In this document: piece by piece, positions 29,887-38,910 of the stretch | Layout of the letters: each line of letters opens with the position of its first letter | Position numbering within the stretch: position 1 is the stretch's first letter | NCBI GenBank assembly: GCA_965198235.1 | Contig: OZ240248.1 | Coordinates: 4,544,001 to 4,608,000 of the forward strand | Length of the DNA stretch: 64,000 bases | Direction: 5' to 3' | Source: Candidatus Poribacteria bacterium | GTDB lineage: Bacteria > Poribacteria > WGA-4E > WGA-3G | Program-made: the position numbers and the translations under genes | Notes under the pieces: model-generated | Told to the model about the DNA's origin: nothing | The model's input: the letters and a program-made list of their open reading frames with translations, nothing else | Database searches by the model: none

Positions 29887-30084
29887 ATGATTTCAAATAC
29901 GGATTGGAGAATTTTAGAGCAAACGAACCGGATGCTGGCATTGAGTTGGGAGGCACTCAGACGGGCGCGCGCAAGTGGAGATACACACGCAATCAAGATG
30001 GCTGAAATGAGTTATTTTCAGGCATTGCAAGGTGTGATCGTAGCGACACAAAACGCCGTCGCTCAGAATGCGGTATCACAGTAA
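29887..30084 (+). CDS. Small helical hypothetical protein (65 aa)
   Basis: GGGAGG SD before ATG; co-oriented 21 bp after the RHH gene. Confidence 0.6.
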   Translation: MISNTDWRILEQTNRMLALSWEALRRARASGDTHAIKMAEMSYFQALQGVIVATQNAVAQNAVSQ

Positions 30085-30195
30085 AGGGGCGTAGTCGTCT
30101 TCGGGATTTTTGTATACTGTTTTAAAGTTGCGATCAGGGGAACTACATAATTGTTGTTCCCCTATACTTTCTGTTGTTGATGAAAAACGGCTTAA

Positions 30196-30287
30196 AATCC
30201 GCGTCCTCCGCGTCATCCGTGTAATTCGAGATTCAGACGATGAAAACGGCACCCAATTCTACCATCCTAAAATCCTGATTCAGACAC
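30196..30287. repeat. ATCC-rich 9-mer repeats ending in GATTCAGAC (two units)
   Basis: atccgcgtc ctccgcgtc atccgtgta..gattcagac and atcctaaaatcctgattcagaca; reverse-complement relatives near 27188 and 34484, and a related copy near 48658. Confidence 0.55.
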
Positions 30288-30329
30288 TTAATCTTTAGTA
30301 CAATAGATTAACGCGCTTATTGTGGCCGC

Positions 30330-31397
30330 TTACACCTTCTTAATTCCTATTCTTTTCTCTATTTTCTCCGCCAAAATCTTGAAATCTTGGCGTGCAGTAT
30401 TAGCAGCGGCTGCGTGACTGCCGAAGGCACCATCTGCTGTGGTGAGATGAAAAATCGGTTTACGTTTTTCTTGTGCCATAGGAATGAGACTACGGTAGTG
30501 CTTAAGGGTGGCGAGGGAATTTTCGAGATCCTTTTTCGGAGTCGCAGCATAGGGACCTATTCGATTTCCTAGGAGATTCCGAGCGTATTCTTTAGGCATC
30601 CGATTAACCCATTTATCGTAAGCTTTAACAGGGCGTTCTAAACGCACCCCGTGTTGCTGCATTATGTACCCGATAGGTTTCATACCCCCTTTTGGAAGGG
30701 GAAAATTTGGCACATTCTTGTTATCTTGTTTGCGTTGCCAATCCGACCAGTTGTCCCGCCTGCGTTGCCAATCCTCTCGCCACCGCTCGAGGGTTGGACC
30801 CAGGTTTTGCAGCCCACGGAGCGAAAATAGATCTGTTCCAAGCGGAACCACAACGTAATCGCTTGCAATCAATGCTGAGCGGTTGATAGCACCCAAATTG
30901 GGACCAACATCAGCTAAAATAATTGAGGCATTCATTTCCGTAGCACTTTGCTGCATAATAGTTGAAAATGCCGTTAGTATTCTGAAGGACCTGTGAAGAC
31001 TGGTGGATCCCATGGCGTTTGGCCATTCATTAGATAGGGTGTCCTCAAATTCTGCGAGTGCTAAGTCGCCCGGAATCAATCTTAGGTCACTCCGCCCGAA
31101 GTCCAATTGCCATAAAATTGATTGTAGATACGGCAAGTGCAGATCACCAACTTCTATTAGCGGTTTCACACATTGGAAGATTGTGCTTCTAGAAGCAGAA
31201 ACAGCATTACTTTCGTCCCAGAGGCTTTCCAAACGTTCCTCGTCCAAAAACGCAGCGGTAAGATTGGCCTGCGGGTCAAGATCGCAGGCAAGCACTCGAT
31301 GTCCGAGGTCGTGTAGCATCCATGCAAGATGGTAGACGAGCGATGTCTTACCAACACCACCTTTGTTGTTGAAGAAAGTTAGAACTGGGACAGGCAT
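30330..31397 (-). CDS. ParA/Soj-family ATPase (long variant)
   Basis: FFNNKGGVGKT deviant Walker A, DLDPQANLT, DVGPNLGAINR. Confidence 0.9.
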   Translation of the reverse strand: MPVPVLTFFNNKGGVGKTSLVYHLAWMLHDLGHRVLACDLDPQANLTAAFLDEERLESLWDESNAVSASRSTIFQCVKPLIEVGDLHLPYLQSILWQLDFGRSDLRLIPGDLALAEFEDTLSNEWPNAMGSTSLHRSFRILTAFSTIMQQSATEMNASIILADVGPNLGAINRSALIASDYVVVPLGTDLFSLRGLQNLGPTLERWREDWQRRRDNWSDWQRKQDNKNVPNFPLPKGGMKPIGYIMQQHGVRLERPVKAYDKWVNRMPKEYARNLLGNRIGPYAATPKKDLENSLATLKHYRSLIPMAQEKRKPIFHLTTADGAFGSHAAAANTARQDFKILAEKIEKRIGIKKV

Positions 31398-31411
31398 TGT
31401 CAGAGAATCTC

Positions 31412-32629
31412 CTACTTTTGTGCTGATTTTATGGTTACTTTCACGAAATTATCAAGAATTTCAAATTCTGGTTCAGGATGCCCTGCCTTTTGCAGCAGAT
31501 TTCTAGTTATCTGTATTCCGCTGCCAAACTTCTGGACATAACCAAGGACTCTCATCGCTTCTGCCAGATTTGGATTGCGATAATCAATCAAATGGGGCTT
31601 ACCAAAATTTTCTGCTGTTATCGCGCCAAAAGCACCGCCGGGGCTTAAAACTTCAACATGGTCACTGAACCAGTAAACATGAACGGGGGCGTTGGTCCCT
31701 TCATAAGTTCTATGCATAACAGCGTTCCGGATGATTTGTTGCAACGCTGGAATAGGATAGAGCTCTGTACGTTGTTCGATAGAGCTACTCGTAAAATCAA
31801 CTGCCGTGCGGTTATGTGCTATCAGTTTATTATCCAGACGGTGGAGAATGTCAGGGATCGTCCCTCTGATCCCCTCGCTGTCAAGAATGTCGTTATCGTC
31901 TATCAGCTGAATATTATCAATTCTGAGAAATTGCACATAAGCTCCTGGAAGAAAATCCTGTGGGTTTTTGCCGAGTACCAAAATTCCCATCACAGTCGCG
32001 AATGGCTCATCAACTGAAGCAATCATCTTTGTTACTGCTAGTCGTTCTTCAAGCGTACGTTCATTGGCTTCTAATATATCAGGGTCAAAGGCTTGTGGCA
32101 GATATTCGTGCTCAAATTGGGTGAGATGGAGATCAGATAAATCTGATATAGGAATCGGTTGAATATCGAAAAAAGCATCTTTATGCCGACGCTTTTCAGT
32201 GAGAATCCTTTCATCCTGCGAGGTAGCGATACCTCGGCGAGGTCCAGTGCGAATGCAGATAGTACCCTTGAAGCGAACTGGCGGTGAGTCGGTTGGTTGC
32301 ACTTTAACTACTGCCACTTCTTTATCTTGTAGCACGCGCTTTTCTACCGTCAAGGAGGGCGGCGGCACGATATTCCCGTCTGTTTTCATGTCCGCCAATT
32401 GCCGAAGCAATTCGTCTGTAACTGGCAAACCCACAATAGTTTTGTCTTTTCTCACTCCAACGAAAATGAAGCCAGGTTTTTCGTGACGGGGCAAATCATT
32501 GGCAAAAGCGCAGATGGCTTCCCGGATCTCTTTCGGAGCATCACCAGACAAAGATTCCTTGAACTCGATGCGATCAGATTCATCAGCGTCAATGATTTGT
32601 AGCAACTCTACATCTGTAAATTGTCGCAT
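31412..32629 (-). CDS. Schlafen/AlbA_2 domain + HATPase_c_4-like protein
   Basis: ESDRIEFKES...ICAFAN....G.IFVGV (AlbA_2); NAVMHRTY, SPGG, YRNPNLAEAM..LGYVQKFGSGI; start at MRQFTD. Confidence 0.85.
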   Translation of the reverse strand: MRQFTDVELLQIIDADESDRIEFKESLSGDAPKEIREAICAFANDLPRHEKPGFIFVGVRKDKTIVGLPVTDELLRQLADMKTDGNIVPPPSLTVEKRVLQDKEVAVVKVQPTDSPPVRFKGTICIRTGPRRGIATSQDERILTEKRRHKDAFFDIQPIPISDLSDLHLTQFEHEYLPQAFDPDILEANERTLEERLAVTKMIASVDEPFATVMGILVLGKNPQDFLPGAYVQFLRIDNIQLIDDNDILDSEGIRGTIPDILHRLDNKLIAHNRTAVDFTSSSIEQRTELYPIPALQQIIRNAVMHRTYEGTNAPVHVYWFSDHVEVLSPGGAFGAITAENFGKPHLIDYRNPNLAEAMRVLGYVQKFGSGIQITRNLLQKAGHPEPEFEILDNFVKVTIKSAQK

Positions 32630-32753
32630 TTTGATTCCCGTCGTTTTGATGCTTGTTAGCCATTGTATTTTCCATAACAACCAATTATCGTGGATACGAC
32701 AAGTATACCATGGATGGCCGGATTTATCAAGGCAATTTTTATACTACGAAAAA

Positions 32754-34445
32754 TCAATATAGCACATGCACTCGATTCTTTCCACGGACGGTTTCGTCTG
32801 ACATCGCGATCGGGACCTCAACGACAACGATCAGCGCGCCCTCCGTACTTATCGCGAGTGTGTCGTAGGGAAGCTGCCCCTCTGTGCGGTAGGTGTACAG
32901 ATACTTCGCCAAGCCGTTACCCTCTGCTGTCAGATCAAACACTGACACCCCATGGAGGCTCTCATTCGGGTCTTGTGCTCGCTTGGAAACCGACAGTACG
33001 GCATAACGATCCTCCGCGTCAATGCGTAAACCTTGTGGCATATTCTCAAGTTTCCACTGCCAGATTTTTTCGCCACGCCACGAATAGGCGAACAGTGTCA
33101 TCCCGTTGGGATGTCCTGCTGAGGGCTTTTGTGCGCCTTTCCGGAGATGATACGGGATGTACGTGTCCCCTGTAACGAAGAGTGCTGCGGCATCCGTCGC
33201 GCCGATCATGCCAGTAGTTGCGATGATAGGGATGCCACTTACCTCCAGCGGAGTCGCCAGGTTTTCCTGCCATATCGGTTCCGCCTGATTCACATCAAAG
33301 ATGAATGCGCGTCCATCGTCCGTTGTCACGTTGATGAACTTACCATCGGGAGACATGCTGACCCCTCGCCAGAAGGTGACTTGCGGGAAATACTCGCGCA
33401 GTGGTTGAATATCCATGTGCCACTTTTCTGTTCCATCTTCTGCGTTGAGAACAGAGAGCTTTCCATTGCCAGCATCGTTTTCATCCGTTGCACTTCCTTG
33501 CAGGTTATGCCCACTATCTGTTAGAAGCGCGAGTGTTTTTCCATCAGCACTTACGTCAAACCAGCGCATCACCTTCGGCACCGCGCCCTCACGAGTCCAT
33601 TTCCAGATAACATTTCCCGTTTTTCCATTGAATCTATAGAGTTGGGATTTCTTAAGTGGCGTGTTATCCTCTGTCCACGAGTGCACGCTCGCCACTAAAA
33701 GGTCTCCGTTCGCCAACGTTCGCATACACGATGGACCGGGGTAGCTTACCCACGCGTAGACGCTATCGGGATTACTCAGCGTAGAGGTTTCAATATCATC
33801 GGCGGTGCGATACTTCCAACGAAGTGTCGGTTTATCGGTTGTCAGGTCGTAGCAGTAGATAAATCCATCTGCCGCTTGTTCGCCAATATAGAGTTGCGTA
33901 TTACCGCGACTGAACGCCATCTGCTTCACGTAGCCTTCCGAGATACGAGTTTTCCAGAGAATTTCACCTGTCAACGGTTGGAGTACCGCGAGATGTCCAC
34001 TGTCGGTTGCAATCGCTAATTTAGGCGTATTTCCATGCCCTAAGGCAAGTGCTGTGGGTTTCGCGGGCTGACGAAGGTTTTCCATCAACGACAAAAGCCC
34101 ATCTAACTCAACGGTCCGGATGAGATACGGCTCAGGCTTCAGCGGTGAAGTCGCTGTCGTTTCGCTATCATTCAAGTGAAATTGGTAATTTTGGTTCGGT
34201 TGCCATGCAAATTGGAACAAAACGCGATTTGCATCAAGCCTTTGGATTGCGGGTATTTCGGTTAATTCGTGCGTTGTGCCGCTCGTCTCGAATGCAATGT
34301 TGATTTCGCCTGCAACGTCGTTTTTGTGTTTCGTTTCAAACACTACGCCTGTCCGGACCCAAGTGACGTTCATATCTGCCGTCGTGACGTTAAGCGGTAA
34401 GGTGATGAGCAGCCAAAGTAGACTCAAGAATTGAATTCTCTTCAT
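32754..34445 (-). CDS. Secreted PQQ-like beta-propeller protein (third gene of B12-riboswitch operon)
   Basis: Signal peptide; repeated TG..LWK/DG...W blade motifs. Confidence 0.8.
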   Translation of the reverse strand: MKRIQFLSLLWLLITLPLNVTTADMNVTWVRTGVVFETKHKNDVAGEINIAFETSGTTHELTEIPAIQRLDANRVLFQFAWQPNQNYQFHLNDSETTATSPLKPEPYLIRTVELDGLLSLMENLRQPAKPTALALGHGNTPKLAIATDSGHLAVLQPLTGEILWKTRISEGYVKQMAFSRGNTQLYIGEQAADGFIYCYDLTTDKPTLRWKYRTADDIETSTLSNPDSVYAWVSYPGPSCMRTLANGDLLVASVHSWTEDNTPLKKSQLYRFNGKTGNVIWKWTREGAVPKVMRWFDVSADGKTLALLTDSGHNLQGSATDENDAGNGKLSVLNAEDGTEKWHMDIQPLREYFPQVTFWRGVSMSPDGKFINVTTDDGRAFIFDVNQAEPIWQENLATPLEVSGIPIIATTGMIGATDAAALFVTGDTYIPYHLRKGAQKPSAGHPNGMTLFAYSWRGEKIWQWKLENMPQGLRIDAEDRYAVLSVSKRAQDPNESLHGVSVFDLTAEGNGLAKYLYTYRTEGQLPYDTLAISTEGALIVVVEVPIAMSDETVRGKNRVHVLY

Positions 34446-34540
34446 TCTGATATTCCTTGTGTTTGTATTGTAAGTTTTCTGCGTTGTCTAAATCACGGAT
34501 TTTGTGTATCGCCGATGTAGTTGAAGACAGGGACGATGGT

Positions 34541-36514
34541 TTAATCTGCCACGCGCCATAAACCTCTCCCCAACCGCGCACCGAGAAGTACGCCGATAAA
34601 TGTATAGATGAACCCCTCTATCAAAATTCGGAGAACGATATACCAATCGGCGTAGAAAAGCCGATAGAACAGTATAGAAAGTTGAAAATCGACATAAACG
34701 GAGAGCGCGTCGCAGATGCCCAATACGACTGCCCACGCCAGTAAGCTGCGACTCCGCACCAGTAAGAATCCTGTTTCCAGTAAGAGTACACTTGTGCCGG
34801 TGTAGACGATCGCCATCGGTGTGAAAAGCCCGAACGTTACGCCTCCCAAAAGCAAACGTACCGCAGAAACAAGCAAGATTACGCCACTCCCTTTCGCGCG
34901 TTTTTGATTGGTAGCCTCCGCGTTTCTTGGATCTCCGCCGATGTAAATAAGTAACGCTGTCAGCAAGGCGTAGTAGAGCGTCTCGTTGATTAAGCCAGTC
35001 AGCAATACAGAGACCGGACCTAAGAGGGCACGGACTAAATTAAGAAACAATGTTGATGGAACCATCACTGCCACAAAAACCGTTGTGCTGAACAGGGCAA
35101 TCACAATTAGATGTTTCGTTGTGAAACCTGCGAAAAGTCGCTCGTGGAACCGCAGGACAATTGCGAAACCGATGCAACTGCTGATGATTGCTAATAGACT
35201 CACGAGCAATGCTTGTTGATTTGGAACGCCCAGGTGCAACGGACGTTGTTGGCGAAGAATCGTCGCGTCACTTCCCCAAACCTTTACCGTAATGTCCCGT
35301 TGGTATTCTCCAGGGATTGCCTGTTCTGGCTTACCTTGCTTTAAATATATCGGGTGAAAATAGATAGGCAAAGGAATTTCTGTAACCGTGCCACCCGGCA
35401 GGCTCGCAAACGCTACGCTTCGATTCGTCCCCCCGTTCGTTGTCTCTGGAGGTGCGAGAAAGGGGATAGTTGTGGGAGGGCTTTGTAAGCCCGATTTCAT
35501 ATCCGTGTTGGTTGATGACACAACCACATGGATCGTTTCTTTACCTTGGTTGCGGAGTTGGACTGTCTGATAAGTTGTGGGCTCGAATGCATTGGTCTGT
35601 GGCGTTCGGAGCCAACTGAATAACGGTCGTGGGTAGTAGATGGTATCCTCTCGCTGCTTCGGGTCCGCCGTACCCGTTGCGTCTGTAGGCATCTGAATTG
35701 ATTCTATGGAGAGGTGTTCAGCGATCTCAGAGATAGTTGCTATCCGCAGTTGCACGGTTGCTTGTTGTTCCCATGCCTGCCCTGCATCTGTTGTGAAGCG
35801 GATAATCCCTGAAATCTCCTGTGTGTCCGATCGGTTTGCTATGGATGTTTTCAAAACTAATTCACGGTACCACACCTCCGATGCGATACCAAGTCTACTG
35901 GTGGTAGAGAGGCAAGTTCTCGCATCCATTGTTTCACTCTTCCAATCTGCTGGAAAGCGGACCGCTGTTACGGTTGATGGTAGACAAAGTTCCAAATCAA
36001 AGGTCGTTGGTACATTCCCGTTTGTAACGAGGACCATAGCAGTCATTTCACTTTCATGCAAAACAAGTGCTTTCTGATCGTTTCCTGATGCATTTCCTAA
36101 ATCCGATTCAATTGCGGCACCATAGGGAATAGCGATCTCTAAATTCCCCTGTGTGTATGTCCGAGGCGCGGTCACGCTTTGAACGGTAACATTCCCGGTG
36201 GTTAAGGTCGCCTCAAACCTATAGGTCTCCCCTTCGTCCCATTCAAAATAAAGGGATTCTGTCTGACGGGGTGGCACAGGAAAGTTGAGTTGTGCGACCA
36301 TCACATCATCAAGATTAAAGGCACTTAGGTGTCGTATCGGTACTGTCGTTCCAAATTGCACCTTTGCCCCCAATGAAAAAAACGTCACCTGCCATGAGAT
36401 CGGCTCTTCTTTGGGGGTTGAGGCGCAACTAAGCAAAGAAACGAGCAGTGGCAAGACCCATAAGACCTGCTCTATTGTAGATTGATATGGTGTTCGATTC
36501 AGAGCGTGTGTCAT
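34541..36514 (-). CDS. Membrane protein: large extracytoplasmic region + C-terminal ECF S-component-like TM domain
   Basis: Lipobox-like LLVSLLSC; about 6-7 C-terminal TMs with FTTKHLIVIALFS and ending G.LLGARL. Confidence 0.7.
   Translation of the reverse strand: MTHALNRTPYQSTIEQVLWVLPLLVSLLSCASTPKEEPISWQVTFFSLGAKVQFGTTVPIRHLSAFNLDDVMVAQLNFPVPPRQTESLYFEWDEGETYRFEATLTTGNVTVQSVTAPRTYTQGNLEIAIPYGAAIESDLGNASGNDQKALVLHESEMTAMVLVTNGNVPTTFDLELCLPSTVTAVRFPADWKSETMDARTCLSTTSRLGIASEVWYRELVLKTSIANRSDTQEISGIIRFTTDAGQAWEQQATVQLRIATISEIAEHLSIESIQMPTDATGTADPKQREDTIYYPRPLFSWLRTPQTNAFEPTTYQTVQLRNQGKETIHVVVSSTNTDMKSGLQSPPTTIPFLAPPETTNGGTNRSVAFASLPGGTVTEIPLPIYFHPIYLKQGKPEQAIPGEYQRDITVKVWGSDATILRQQRPLHLGVPNQQALLVSLLAIISSCIGFAIVLRFHERLFAGFTTKHLIVIALFSTTVFVAVMVPSTLFLNLVRALLGPVSVLLTGLINETLYYALLTALLIYIGGDPRNAEATNQKRAKGSGVILLVSAVRLLLGGVTFGLFTPMAIVYTGTSVLLLETGFLLVRSRSLLAWAVVLGICDALSVYVDFQLSILFYRLFYADWYIVLRILIEGFIYTFIGVLLGARLGRGLWRVAD
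35468..35498 (+). repeat. REP-like palindrome inside CDS
   Basis: agttgtgggagggctttgtaagcccgatttc, identical to intergenic 38703-38733. Confidence 0.85.
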
Positions 36515-36611
36515 GCAATTTCATAAAAGGACTGAATTATTGCGAATACATGGAACTTGTAAAAGGCGAGATGTTTTTGCTGGAGTGTTTCCCTCGCCTA
36601 TGAATGCTAAG

Positions 36612-37346
36612 TTAGAGCCCATGACCGATCAGCACCAGATCAAGGATATTAACCACTTTGTCTCCATTGACATCGGCAAGTATTCCGGCACCCTCGTCAC
36701 CGAGAAAACGACCTGCGATTATCATATCTTTCATGTTGACGAACCCGTCATTGTTGATGTCTTCGCGTCGCGGGATAATCCTTGCAAACCCCAAAATAGA
36801 GCCGGCGGGTCCAACGTGATAGGTTCGCAGGAGAGATGCATCTGCTACGTCCATGACGTGAACGAAATCCTGTCCGCCGCCCGACCAGTCGGGTTGGGTG
36901 ATATAGAGATTTCCATCTGGGGCAAAAGTCAGTCCTCCACTGACAGGAGTATCTGCATCGTTACTGAAATTAGCGATCGTATCGTCTTTATCCCGAATCC
37001 AGTCTCGCGCTGCGATATCATAGACAAGCAACCCAGGATTTTGCCAACTGCCTTGGATAAACAACTGTTTTTCTGAGCTGAAATGGAGTATTTCATTGTC
37101 AACAGCCCGTCTCTCATTCGATTCCTCCAGATTGATGAGTGAGAGTGAAGCGGTGATGCCCAAGTCGGGTTGTGTCAGGGCATTTATGACGACTGTTAGG
37201 TTCTGAACCTCTGTCTGTCCAAAAGCAGGACTAACGAGGTGTGTCAAAAGGATTGCCCCTACTATTAGGAACGAATAACATGAGAAGTGCCGCCGAGAGA
37301 CTTTTCTAGACGCGCTTGCAAGCGGTGCCGCTACAACTTTGTTCAT
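36612..37346 (-). CDS. Secreted partial beta-propeller + dockerin-like double EF-hand protein (first gene after B12 riboswitch)
   Basis: GGAGGT SD; signal peptide; GLTFAPDGNLYI blade; EDINNDGFVNMKDM and ADVNGDKVVNILDLV. Confidence 0.75.
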   Translation of the reverse strand: MNKVVAAPLASASRKVSRRHFSCYSFLIVGAILLTHLVSPAFGQTEVQNLTVVINALTQPDLGITASLSLINLEESNERRAVDNEILHFSSEKQLFIQGSWQNPGLLVYDIAARDWIRDKDDTIANFSNDADTPVSGGLTFAPDGNLYITQPDWSGGGQDFVHVMDVADASLLRTYHVGPAGSILGFARIIPRREDINNDGFVNMKDMIIAGRFLGDEGAGILADVNGDKVVNILDLVLIGHGL

Positions 37347-37366
37347 TAAAACCTCCGTAATGAAAC

Positions 37367-37399
37367 AAAAAACCCCTGCTTTCATCGGAAAGACAGGGG
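37367..37399 (-). terminator. Intrinsic terminator (riboswitch expression platform)
   Basis: Minus strand cccctgtctttc-cgat-gaaagcagggg-tttttt. Confidence 0.85.
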
Positions 37400-37545
37400 A
37401 GGAAGCGGCACTCTGTGTGAGGCGTATCCTGTAAGTGTGTAGAAGAATTTCATACCTTATATCGGTATTTCTTTTTTCATCTGATCTGACAGGATACTGT
37501 GCTCTGTTCCACCGCTTTCCCGCGAAAGCAGATGCGTGAAACATG

Positions 37546-37756
37546 ATTCAGGCAGGTCTCCTGACTTCCGATCATTTAGCGTAGTTACAAGCCAAAACTC
37601 GCACTACAGAGTTCCGCTGAACCTTCCCATCAGTTATCTGACAGTGGTTTTTCAACGGATAATTGCCTTTGATAGAGGCTGATCGTTCACAGTGGCGGGG
37701 CCGTGGCGGATTCTCACCGCGCTTCCCTATTCTCCGTAATTCGGCACCTGAACCGT
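37546..37756 (-). ncRNA. Cobalamin (AdoCbl-type) riboswitch
   Basis: Minus strand aggtgcc...aatagggaagcgcggtgagaatccgccacggccccgccactgtg...ccactg...gggaagg...aagtcaggagacctgcc (B12 box). Confidence 0.95.
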
Positions 37757-37974
37757 TAGTTTATTCAATTGTAATACATATATTATATCACGTTGCACTA
37801 TCTTTTGCAAATATTTTTTTCCAATGGGTGTGTAAATATTTCGGCAGCGGGTTGTCAGAAATAGGCTTCTTCGGTCTTAGGCAAATACGGGGCACAAACT
37901 AACAGTTTCTGCTACAGGGTAGCCCTTGTCATAATTGCGTGTCAAAAACTTTACACACCCTTTCCAATAAAAAT

Positions 37975-38003
37975 TTGACAATATAAAACAGATGTGGTAT
38001 TAT
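37975..38003 (+). promoter_or_regulatory. Sigma70 promoter of leader-hisI-trpE-trpG
   Basis: TTGACA-17 nt-TATTAT with TGn extension. Confidence 0.8.
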
Positions 38004-38068
38004 TAATATTAAGCGTGGATACATCCAAAAATTTGGCAGTTATCAACCATTGTTGAGAAGCGAAAAGA

Positions 38069-38170
38069 ATGACACTTTTACGTTCACACTCCAGCTTGCA
38101 TAGCATATCTAACCATTGGCATTGGTGGCGGTCCAATGGCTTGTGGGGGAGTGTGCGTTCAAACGGATAA
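38069..38170 (+). CDS. Attenuator leader peptide (33 aa, His/Trp-rich)
   Basis: MTLLRSHSSLHSISNHWHWWRSNGLWGSVRSNG*; 4 His + 4 Trp with an HWHWW cluster; too short for the ORF track. Confidence 0.85.
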   Translation: MTLLRSHSSLHSISNHWHWWRSNGLWGSVRSNG

Positions 38171-38220
38171 CTGAGATAGAGACTGAAAATCGTCATTTTT
38201 TATTTTTAAGTCCTGTTGAA

Positions 38221-38262
38221 GCCTTATGCACACCGATCCCGGTAGCATAGGGTATTTTTTTT
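38221..38262 (+). terminator. Attenuator terminator
   Basis: gccttatgc...gcatagggt followed by a + T8, about 53 nt before the hisI start. Confidence 0.85.
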
Positions 38263-38315
38263 GCAAAGTTCGCAGATTGCCAAAATTTGCTGTTGAAAAT
38301 GAAGAGGAGAACTCA

Positions 38316-38696
38316 ATGAAAATTCTATCGGAACTTAAGTATGACCGCGATGGTTTAGTCGCTGCAGTCATTCAAGATGAAACAAACAACGAAATCCTAA
38401 TGGTAGGCTATATGAACGCTGAGGCGATAAGTGAAACGCTGAGTACAGGGCGCGTCTGCTTCTGGAGTCGTTCCCGTCAAAAGTTGTGGATAAAGGGGGA
38501 GACTTCAGGGCATACACAGACGGTTAAATCTATCGCAGTAGATTGTGACGGTGATGCCCTGCTTATAAAGGTTGAGCAGAAGGTAGCGGCGTGCCATACG
38601 GGTTATCGCTCCTGCTTCTTTCGAGAAGTTTCCCCCGACGGAGAATCAACGCATGTAGTAGGTGAAAAGATTTTCGATGCAGATGCCGTCTATTAG
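38316..38696 (+). CDS. hisI: Phosphoribosyl-AMP cyclohydrolase
   Basis: WSRSRQKLWIKGETSG, DCDGD, ACHTGYRSCF; GAGGAG SD. Confidence 0.96.
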   Translation: MKILSELKYDRDGLVAAVIQDETNNEILMVGYMNAEAISETLSTGRVCFWSRSRQKLWIKGETSGHTQTVKSIAVDCDGDALLIKVEQKVAACHTGYRSCFFREVSPDGESTHVVGEKIFDADAVY

Positions 38697-38702
38697 ACTC
38701 CA

Positions 38703-38733
38703 AGTTGTGGGAGGGCTTTGTAAGCCCGATTTC
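38703..38733 (+). repeat. REP-like palindrome (intergenic hisI-trpE)
   Basis: Identical to 35468-35498; gggctt-tgt-aagccc stem. Confidence 0.85.
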
Positions 38734-38910
38734 GTATCTTGGCATCCGCTCGGGAATTGCTTGAGTAAGTTCATCTATGGTCTCGATTTTAAGGATAACG
38801 AAAATAGAGTACCGGCAGTTGTAGACGCCTTTTTCAACCCTGTCTCTTGCAATGTCCGGTGCTATAGAACAGAGAATTTTGATGCTAAGGATATGAAAAA
38901 GGAGCTACTA

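Noticed and set aside
29626-31397. Canonical type Ib parFG partition cassette / integrated plasmid
   Set aside because: RHH and ParA genes are convergent, this ParA is the long variant linked to the AlbA_2 gene, and no rep or integrase is nearby.
34895-34940. Loop insertion GGDPRNAEATNQKR in the B12-operon membrane protein as another repeat insertion
   Set aside because: No palindrome and no second copy visible in this window.
38662-38910. N-terminal extension of TrpE suggested by the ORF track (similar cases for hisI, trpG, sucD, glcB, fabD, fpr and the 37544 start)
   Set aside because: The extensions run through repeats, terminators or riboswitch leader; better SD-supported starts lie downstream.
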